Shown piece after piece: positions 7,982 to 17,626 of a stretch of 20,000 nt of DNA. The position numbers and the translations under genes are program-made. This DNA is from Craspedostauros australis (taxonomy: Eukaryota), in contig JALAGF010001633.1 of assembly GCA_030167865.1 (NCBI GenBank), positions 46,724 through 66,723 on the forward strand, read 5' to 3'. Position 1 is the stretch's first letter; the number at the start of each line of letters is the position of its first letter. A model generated the notes under the pieces. It saw only the letters and a program-made list of their open reading frames with translations. It made no database searches and was not told the DNA's origin.

Positions 7982-10900
7982 ATGAGCAACGATCCAGACG
8001 GCTTCGAGGACGGGGACCTGGAGGACAGCAGCGACGAGGAGGTCGCCGCCGCCGCCGCCACGAAGAAGAGCTCCAAAAAGAGACGCGCGGACGGAGGCGA
8101 TGGGTCATCCTCGCAGCGCAAGAAGACCAAGGGCTTCTCCTCCATGATCGATGACGCTGCCGAGGAGTCCGGCGATGAAGGCGGAGGCGACGACGATGAG
8201 GATGACGAGGACGACGACGAGAACAACAACGATTACGTCAAGGATGGATTCGTCGTCGACGAGGACGAGGAGGAGGAGGACATTCGCCCGATGCGCAGAA
8301 AGAAGCGATCCGGAGATCTGGAAGACAGTGACGACGACGATGATGACGACGACGATGACATCGACGAAGGCCGCAGCAAGAAGTTCAAAAAGGTCCGCAA
8401 GATGAGAAACTTCGATCGGCTGGATGAGGATGATCTGGACCTGGTGCGCGAGGCAAGGGGCGAGGAACGACCCCGCGCATCCGCCTTGGCGCGCGAGCGG
8501 GAGATGGAGCGTCGCAAGATCGTCGCTAACAACGAATCCGAGCTGCGCAAGGGGCTGTTCCTTGAGGAGGCAGCGGAGGAGGACGAAATCAGGCCGGAAC
8601 CATCCCGCAAGCACGCCAGAGGCCGCATGGTCGAGCGCTACGACGAGGACGGGATGGATGACTTCATCGACGATGATATTGGCGATCAAGGCGTCATCTT
8701 GGCCAGCGAGCGCAGAACGGCGTACGATGACGAGGCGGGAGGCGAAGTCAACGAGGCGCAGATGCAGGAGGCCAGCGACATATTCGGAACGGACTACTTG
8801 GATTACATGGCTACCGAGGGACGTGGTGATGACGATGCCGACGATCTCTTTGGAAAGGACAAGTATCGCGAGAGGGGCGTGGGCGTGGATCTCGGCGTGG
8901 ACTCCGACGATGACATATCCGTGGAGGACGACGAAGACGAAGACGATCTCTTTGACGATGACGACGACGATGGCGGCGTGGCGGCGCACCAGCGACACGA
9001 GGCGACCAAGCTGAAGCGCCAAAAGCGAGAGTTGGCGCGCCAGGAACGCCGCCGCAAGGCACAGGAGAAGCGCAACGCCCTCCGCAAGGCGCAGCTGCGA
9101 CGCGCCTTCGAACCGGTGCAGCTCATCGAGAACTTCTGCACGGACAGGGATGACGAGATCCGGCGACTCGATGCACCGGAACGATTCTTTGACTGGAACA
9201 CGCCGTTTCATGGTGCGTCCACCATGGAGGCCGAGATCACTGCCGACGAGGAAGAAGAATCGCTATGGATGGTCAGCCGCATCCCGGACATCGCGGCTGA
9301 GTACTACACCGCCAATCCCGATGAACCCATCGAGGCAGTGGAGCAGCGTCGCCAGGCCATACTGCATTCCATCATCTTCGCATTGCGGTACATGCATCTG
9401 CAAAAGTTGGAGCCGGCGTTCATCAAGCGATACAGAAAGGACGTCGTCACATCCACAGCGGTGCAGGACAATCTGTACAACATCCTCGATGAGGACACGG
9501 AGTGGGATGGCTTGCTGACAGCCCGTAACAAGGTCGAATCGCTCATCCATGGTCACAGCGCCATGGCACAGAAGTTCGAGGCCATGGGCGTGGCATCGCA
9601 AGATGTCGTGCAGCTGGAACAGCAACTCAACATGGCGCGGACCGAGCTGGCGGACAACGCTGCGCAGGAATCCAAGCTCAAGGATGAACTTGCCGCAATC
9701 AACCAGCAGCTGGGATCGGATGCCAACGACGAAGAAGACGATGACGACGATGGATTATTTGCAGACGATGACGACAACGACGATGACGAGGTACGTGTCC
9801 CAGTGCCTCTTGTTCCATGCTTCATTTCGGTAATGTGGCTTGTCTTGCCGTGTTCATCGGGAAAATGATGCTCCCACTGCATCTCGCATGTGTCTCGTAT
9901 GTATCTCACCTGTTGCATTCATTCTGCGTGTATTCTGCATGCTCAAACGCAACCATGTTGTGCGCGATGTTACCACTGCCAATGCCAACGCCAACGCACC
10001 TCCATCGTGCGCAGGAAAAAAAGAGGCTGAAGAAGCAGAAGGAAGGTGTCAAGTCCCACCTTCAGACGGTGCAATTGCTCATGGGCAACCGTGCCGAGAA
10101 CGTGGCCGGGCTGGAACGACGTTTCACAGAGGCGCAGTCCAAGCAACAGGAGACGCAAACGTCCCAAGGCCCTGCCATGCGCATCATCAAGAAGGCACGC
10201 AGGGAGCAGCTGCTCAACGCCGACGACATGGAGGAGTACCTGCAGGGCTTGACTGATCCACGGAATATCGTCGACATCAGCAGCTATATGTCCCTCGTCC
10301 GAGAGGGTAGCGACGCCATCATCAAGAAGGAGATGCCGGGTGCCTCGACTGAGGACAAGTCCAAGGACGATCGCAAACGTAGTCGCAGATTTGACCGTGA
10401 TTTCTACCGCACTTGCGTCTCGGAGGGGCTGCGTGACATCAGCTATCGTTTCTTACTGTCGCCATCCCGAACTGGCATCAAGCTGGAGGACCAAATGACG
10501 ATGGGTCAATTCAACTACAGTCGCAAGATGCCAGGGGAGAAGGACGCGTCGCCCATGAGATGGAACCCGCCAGTCATGGACAAAGAGACGCCGGATGAAT
10601 TTGCCAACGAACTGATTGGAAGCGGTGATCTCGTCCTGCTGTCCTCCAACAACGCAGCGAAGCAGGCCGATGGGCTAGGCATGGAGACGAAATCGGGCCA
10701 GCAAGACAGCGAGGACAAGCTGCGTGGGTGCCGCTACGTCGCCGCGATGGAACTGGCATACGAACCACGCATCCGAAGACAGCTGCGTGCCATCTACCGC
10801 CGCCATGCAGTCCTATCCACGCGTCCAACCAAGAAGGGGAAGGAGAACATCGATTGCTTTCATGACTACTACGGCCTCCACCTCATCCGGTCCAAACCTG

Positions 10901-13900
10901 TGTCGGATCATTTCCCAATGGAAGAGAGCGACCTGCAGGCCAAGCTCTCCGCCGCAACTTCATCCGAGGAACGGGCGGAGATCTACAACGAATGCAAGGG
11001 ACTGGAAAAGAACAGCTGCTTACAGTTTCTGAATCTTCTGAAGGCTGAACAGACCGCCGACCTGACGATCAGTGTCCATCTCCCGATGGCACGCCCCCAC
11101 GACAAGTGGTACGATGACACGGACATGTTCAAGAATCGCGAGAATCAAGACATCAGTCTGCTGTTGACACCGCTGGAGAGGGTATACCTGCCCCTCGATG
11201 TCGACATGATGGAGTGGAACGAAGAACGACTCAAGGTGCTGAAGCAGGCCATTTTCATCTTTCTCCTGCCCCAATTCGAGGCAGAAGTCCGCAAGGAATT
11301 GAGGGAGGCTGCCGTCAAGGCAGGTGTCAGAGAGGCATCGCACAAGCTCCACGAGATGGCCATGGAAGGTCCGTACCGGCCACATGCCATCGCCCACGCC
11401 GAAAACAGATTCCTCTACCCCACAGAAAATCTCAAGATGGTGGGCATCTGTTGCGCATCCGACAGCAAGGACGCCACGTACATGGCATCGGTGACCGAAC
11501 GTGGGGAATTCCACGATCACCTCGCAATCCCATCAGGCACCAGCGTCGACAAACCCAAGATGCGGGAGAAGGTCATTTCGTTCCTTCTGTCGTCCCGTCC
11601 TGCCGCCATCGTCATCGGCACGTCCGGTGGCTTCGACAGTCGGTTCTTGGTTCGCAAGATGACGGATCTGGCCAACGAAGCCATGCAGCGTTGGAGCTCG
11701 CGTCATATCCAGGGCGAGGATGAGGATGAGGAGGAGTTCAACACCCGACGCGAAGCGCTCATGCAGTACATGCCAAGCAATCACTACGACGACGGCGACG
11801 AGGATCTCGACTGGAAGTGCAACGTGGATCTCATCGACGACAGTGTCGCCCAGTTGTTCGGCCGCAGCGTGCGCGGAAAGAAGGAATTTGCAGACCACGC
11901 AGTGAACCTCAAATGCGCCATCGCAATTGCGCGGCACGCAAAGGACCCGCTCTCCGAGCTGGCGTACACATGGAGCGTCGCAAGTGACACAGGCAATTTC
12001 GGAGCCGAGATGTTGTACCTGAACATTCACCCTCTCCAGAAACTCCTGCCTAAAACATACCTGTTGCGAAGCTACGAGCGGGTTCTCTGCGAAGTCGTCG
12101 CGGAGATTGGTGTGGATGTCAACACAGCGTGCGCTTTGGATCACTCCCATGGCCTCTTGACGTTCGTGCCTGGTATGGGACCTCGTAAGGCATCGAACCT
12201 GAAGCAAAATATCGTGCAGCAGGGTGGCACGGTGTCAAACCGACGCGCACTGTTGGAACAGCGGTACATGGGGCCTGTCGTGTACAACAATTCCGTCGCC
12301 TTCCTGCGCATCCGTGACACAGAGGAGCTTCGCGACCAATTCCTGCACCCTCTCGACGATACTCGTCTGCATCCGGACGTGTACCACAGAAACAATTGGG
12401 CCATCAAGATCGCCATCGACGCTCTCGAACGGTCCGAGGATGAAAGCCGCAACAATAAGGAGAATGCCAACATCAAGGCGCTCAAGGATGTCATGGACAA
12501 CTCCGGTGGCGAGGTGAGGCGTCTTTTCGATGCCACCAAGGCCGAATGGGAGAGCCTGTACGGCAACACGTTCATGGTGGCGGATTGGAATCCCAACAAC
12601 GTGCCAACTGATCGTTGGGGCGACAAGGTGGAGGAGCTGGACCTGGAGACCTTCGCACGTATGATCGAAGAAAGCGGCATGGGCAAGTGGCACTCTCATC
12701 TCCAGATGATCAAGTGGGAGTTCCGCCTGCCCTTCGTGGACCCGCGAACCCCCATGCAACGTCTCGTTGGCGACAAGCTGTTCCACCTCATTACAGGCGA
12801 AACGGACCAGTCGTTGCGGCCGGGCAAGGAGGTGACAGGCAAGGTTCTGCGCAACGGAGACTTCGGTTCGCGCGTCAAGTTGGAGGGTGACATCCCAGCC
12901 TTCATACCGCTGCGCAATCTGGCCGACGAACACGTGGAGTCAGCGGAGGATGTGGTGACCGTGGCGCAAGTCGTCACTGCGATCATCACCGAGGTCAAGA
13001 AGGAGCACATGTGCGTGGACATGAGTCTCAAGCTCGAAGACTTTCGCAAACCGCAGAGCAGCTGGGAGCGCCCAGCATCGTTGCAACCGGTCGATCGGTG
13101 CTTTGATGAACGCGCCGCGATGGACATCGAGACGAAGAAGAACAAGGACCGAGAGGCGAGGTTGGAGGCTATGCACTTGCGCGTCAGCACGAAGCTCGGA
13201 GAAGATGACGGCGAGACCAAGAAGAAGATTGGCAGAGTGTCCCGGCGTGCCTGCGCTCATCCCGCCTTCCGCAATGCTAACAACGCGGCCGTTGAGAAGG
13301 AGCTGAAGGATGCAGGAGCCGCCATGGTCGGTGAAGCCTTGATTCGTCCGAGCAGCAAGTCCAGCGATTCGTTGGCCATCCATTGGGCGGTGAGAGAAGG
13401 TAGCATCAAGGTCGTCGAAGTCCTCGAAGAGGAGAAAGACACAGAAGCCAGCATCGGAAAGAAACTGAAGATCAAGGACGAGGTGTATGAAAGTATCGAC
13501 GAATTGCTTGGACGGTACATCGCTCCGATGAATGACTATGTCGAAGAGATGACGAGCCACAGGAAGTTTGCGGATATGACAGAGGACGACCTAGATGAAA
13601 AGCTGAAGAGGGAGAAGAAGGCCAACCCATCAGGCGTGTTCTACAACCTCTGCTGGACGGAGATGCATCCAGGATACGCATCCCTGCGATTCATTCTCAG
13701 CTCGAATGCCAGGCATCACATCATTGGCATTTCCCCCAACGGCTTCATGTGGGGACAGAAGACGTACCCAGGTCTCGACAACCTGCTCAATGACTTCAAG
13801 AAGAATCCTCGGGGAAACCCAGCAAACAAGCGAGCACCACCACCCTCCGGATCCAAACCTGCTCCACCACCGAAACCATCGCGATGGGGGAACCGTCCAC

Positions 13901-14217
13901 CGCCTCCCAGCGCCCCTCCTGCGTGGCGCCAACAACCGGCACCTCCAGCACGCCCGCCTCCTCCAGCGGGAACTCCGAATGGATGGGGAGGTCAGGCCGG
14001 TCCAGCTGTGGCGCAGTGGGATCGTTCTGGCGGCGGCGGTGGTGATGGATCTGGCATGCAACCTGCACCACCCAGCTACCGCCCACCTGCGCCGACACAA
14101 CCGCCACCGCCACCTGCGTACGGGCGTCCACCGCCACCAGGTCCACCCCCAACTTATCAGCAATACTCGCAGCAACCGCCTCCGCCACCCCCTGGTGCCT
14201 ACCAGCATCGTATGTAG
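7982..14217 (+). CDS. SPT6: Transcription elongation factor / histone chaperone SPT6 (exons 7982..9790 and 10015..14217; about 2003 aa)
   Basis: Acidic N-terminus (DYVKDGFVVD, RLDEDDLDLVRE, EASDIFG), AFEP..L.E.F.TDRDDEIRRLDAPER, LEPAFIKRYRKD, a YqgF-like region, HhH (FVPGMGPRKA), LDDTRLHPDVY, S1 domain (GKEVTGKV...FG..VKLEGDI...EVKKEHMCVDMS), and tandem SH2 (HPAF.N, GEALIRPSSK, YESIDELLGRYIAPM). Intron GTACGT(9791)..CAG(10014) joins the two long ORFs in frame. Confidence 0.95.
9791..10014 (+). other. Spliceosomal intron of SPT6 (224 nt, phase 0)
   Basis: GAG|GTACGT donor, CTCAC branch-like motif at 9905-9909 and GCAG acceptor; joins ...DDDE to EKKRLKK. Confidence 0.88.
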
Positions 14218-15466
14218 ATCGAAGGTGTGCTTGGAGCTACGGGTGAACGGCACGAATACGGCTGAGAGGAACGAGACTCACGTCTTGGAAGTCGCACCAG
14301 AGCCTGTCTACATTCGTGTTTTCATTTTCAGATCTATATACAGGTACGGTATGTACATGCGAGTGTGACATTTATTCAACCAACCAACAACAAAAAACAC
14401 TCTACGCAAATTAGATTTGAAGGGCAGATTTGCAACTATTCTCTGCATCCATACGAGTACAAGCATTGATATTGTGTATAATAGTTCCAAAGGAGATAGA
14501 GGATCGTGCAACAATTCTCCCGATCTCGGAAAGGTCGAAGAGCGCGGCATCAGCTATACCCAGGTGCACCAAAATACTCAAGATTATGCTTGCAGACCCC
14601 CGATCTCTCCCAGCCCATGTTCCCAAACCGAAAACGTGTTGGAGGCTTGGGCTTTGTCGGGGTCGACAAGCCCTGTTGTGACGATTTCAGCACGTGGTCC
14701 GTGAGCTACAGTAGTCTGAATGGAGCCTGCGTCTGCTGAAGCTGTTTCATAAGCGCTGTCCGATTGCGGAGATGTCCCTTCTGTTTTCTAGGCTGATCCG
14801 TGAATTGATGCAATTCGTCGTGTTTGCGTGTTCGTGATTTCCAGACCCTGGCTTTGGCGGTCGACCGATTACCTCCAGTTGTGTCGGATTGACTGGCGTG
14901 TTCGATTCATCGGTGCCCTTCGATCTGCTCCGAAAGCGGATCGTGAGACAAGATGACACTGCTGTGCTTTTGGCAGTGCTCGCAAGCACATAGTAGGGTA
15001 ACTGATCCGTCTATGAGCTTTTCGTAGAGTACTCGCATTGGCACTCTTCTGCCAGTACGTTCGTGACCGCCATAGGAACGACCAGTAATCTGATCGTCAA
15101 GGTGGATGGGACGGGACGGGATGGGGTGGGATGTGCATGCACATTACGAGCTAGTCGCTCTGGCGGTGTCGTGTTCCTTGATTTTTGAGAAGGTTACTAT
15201 AAAAATCGAACTGCTTCCAATATAACGTCGAAAAACGGTCGAGTTGACCCCTCTTGGGTTTTCTGTGAACTTTTTGGCATGTTTGTGCGAAGATGTCAAC
15301 CCAAACAAGAACCAAACACTCGGAGTCTCCGTTGAGACACCGCCTGCCGATGATCCAAGAGCATTGCACGCCCTCGATGAGAACCCAAACAGCTCCGACG
15401 TGACCATGGGATGGCTGATTTCGCAAAACACACCGTCGTGGCCTTGTACGATGCGGCACTGCACGG

Positions 15467-15488
15467 CACAACACAACACAACACAACA
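15467..15488. repeat. (CACAA)4+ pentanucleotide repeat
   Basis: cacaacacaacacaacacaaca, read directly. Confidence 0.85.
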
Positions 15489-15799
15489 TGACATCAAACG
15501 CAAACCTCACACCTGAGTGTGCCCATCGGCCTCATGCTGCGGTGAAGATGTGAAGAATGCCAGAGCTCGCAAGGCAGAACATGCGCGCATTCCATCGCAT
15601 TGGTTTTGAATCTGCGCTGCCCAAGGTTGGCAGTGGTGCGGCGGCAACAATGCGGTGGCAACGAGTGAAAACAGCAGAGGAACCACGCAGACCGAACATG
15701 ATTTGTTGCACTCTCTGCCATAAAATCGCAGTCGGCGGAAAACATCCCTCTCAACACATCAGCCTCCTTGCATTTCATCCTTCTTTCGCGATCACAACA

Positions 15800-16786
15800 A
15801 TGCGGCTCCACGACATCGTAAACAGTCGCGCGGATAGAAACACAGAACGAGACGACGTGGTTCGCAAGGACTTAGACGATTTCCATGATTCGAAAGGCAT
15901 CAGAAGATTGATCAATATCGTTCGTGAGTACCTTGTCACTGAAGTCGACATCGACAGCATCATTCCGGACAATCGCCTTCCTCGCAACGAAGTCATCGAT
16001 GCCGCCAACGCATGCTTGAGCGAATTCACAAGCGGCGGTGGGAGCTTTCTGATACAAAGACCAGGAAGCGAGCAATGGATTGATCCTGGAGAAACACTGT
16101 ATCACTTCATCGCTTTACAAATCGTCAGCCTCTTCTTGCAATACATCACCGATCGAAATATGATCACGGCCGATGCCATCAACACCTACGAGGAAATCAA
16201 TGAGATGATCCCACACATGGAGATGCTCGCAGAGGCGGTCGATCGAGGTGCCAATGCGTACACCGAACCTGTTCCCGCCTATGTCTGCCAAATCTCCTAT
16301 CATCTGAAGAAGTACAGGGTCAGAATGGAAACAATCAACACGCGCATCGAACTCCACTACTTCGTGACGGGCTTCCTTGACGAAAATGATCGGATTGTTT
16401 TCGACCCAAGCTTGATCATTTCTCAGGCCACTCATCATGGCAACAAGCTCACCGACTATCACGACGAGGTCGCCGACTTCAAGGAGCGGCTTCGCCGAGA
16501 CGCGACCAATGTCAGAAGATTCGCACTGATCTACGCTCAAGAACTGGCTGAAGCAGTCGCTTTCAATCGTCATCGCCGTGAGCACAGTCCCCGGATGGGT
16601 GCTCACCAACGAAGACGGGTTGAAGATCGGGAACTTCTCCGCGCTCGTATGTATGCCACTGCTTCCGCTTACGCCCGCACGCGTGATGCTGATGGCCTTC
16701 TGAGTCTTTCTTTTGCTCGTTCCACCGCTCGTAGTCGTAGCATCCGTCGTGCTCGCACTCGCAGAAGAACTGAAAGACTACAGTAA
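15800..16786 (+). CDS. Hypothetical protein with a divergent DUF6824-like N-terminal domain and an Arg-rich C-terminus (328 aa from ATG 15800; frame open from ATG 15557)
   Basis: 409-codon open frame; the ATG at 15800 has an ACAACAATG context. The segment DDVVRK...HDSKGIRRLINIVREY...ACLSEFTSGGGSFLIQ...EQWID resembles the diatom DUF6824 pattern (DV..GRG...H.GN.RF..l...Y...i...GGRFL....W.E), as judged by eye only. Confidence 0.65.
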   Translation: MRLHDIVNSRADRNTERDDVVRKDLDDFHDSKGIRRLINIVREYLVTEVDIDSIIPDNRLPRNEVIDAANACLSEFTSGGGSFLIQRPGSEQWIDPGETLYHFIALQIVSLFLQYITDRNMITADAINTYEEINEMIPHMEMLAEAVDRGANAYTEPVPAYVCQISYHLKKYRVRMETINTRIELHYFVTGFLDENDRIVFDPSLIISQATHHGNKLTDYHDEVADFKERLRRDATNVRRFALIYAQELAEAVAFNRHRREHSPRMGAHQRRRVEDRELLRARMYATASAYARTRDADGLLSLSFARSTARSRSIRRARTRRRTERLQ

Positions 16787-17626
16787 AGTTTCGCATGGCG
16801 GCACCACAACAACACCCCTGCCCATCCACAATTCTGTCAGCGTGCATCCAACGATAACTCCAATGGCACTTTCGACGATTCCAGTTCATCGAGTTGTCTT
16901 TTCCACACCAAGCCAGGCCAAGATGTAGCGAACACGATGCTCCACGAAGGACATCTCCCTATTTGTAAACAATTCTAGAATACTCGTACTCCACAAATAG
17001 AATGATACCTTCATGATGCAGCAGTTTTCTGCCAGTAGAACTGCGATCGCGATTTCGGTGTTGCGGCCGCCAGGGTTGGGTGTGTGTTTCAGTGACTCAG
17101 CTGCGACACAGATCACACCATACGGCAAGATCTCTCGCACATGCATCTGTGATTCTTTGTCCCGTCTTTCGGGTATTCACGTCCATGTCTTGACAGCGAC
17201 CTTGGAGACAGCGATGGGCTGCTCTGAGAGAAATTGGAGGGATCATGGCGGGACCTTGTGGAACGCGCCATGACCATCGAACCATTGTCCCTGCGGATAG
17301 GTCATGCAGACGGTGCGATTAGTGTTGGCCATGGTGAGATCCATCGCAATCGATCATCGCCTCCGAATACAGAAGGACACGAGAATGGGCACACACTATA
17401 CGCAAAGCAATTCCAGCCGACACCGTGATTTTGTAGAATGCTGGTTCTCTGTTTGATGCTGCAACACTGCATCCTTCCCTGCTACGGCCCTTGTTAGAAT
17501 CTATAATATGTATCACTTCATACTTCTTGCCGCGCCCCAGTAGAACTGACTCTGTCCATCTCCCCACTCATACGTTCATTCGTTCACCCCAGACTACTAT
17601 ACGTATGGGCGTCGGTCATTCTTCGC

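Noticed and set aside
7036..8108. Short ORFs in the ALG14/SPT6 spacer (for example 7377..7721 and 7560..8108)
   Set aside because: Low-complexity, mostly weak or non-ATG starts and no motifs; better explained as UTR/promoter, although uORFs cannot be excluded.
7982..14217. Two separate genes (628 aa and 1466 aa) as listed in the ORF track
   Set aside because: They are the two exons of SPT6; the Cys/Leu-rich ends of both ORFs are translated intron.
8105..14368. Many antisense and off-frame ORFs (up to 368 aa) inside SPT6
   Set aside because: Codon-bias shadows of acidic and Pro-rich coding sequence; no independent motifs.
14250..15150. Possible pseudogene or small ORFs downstream of SPT6
   Set aside because: The frames I translated are short and show no recognisable domain or codon bias.
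16790..17620. Short ORFs between the orphan gene and the cyclase-PDE
   Set aside because: No motifs; consistent with convergent 3' UTR/intergenic DNA.
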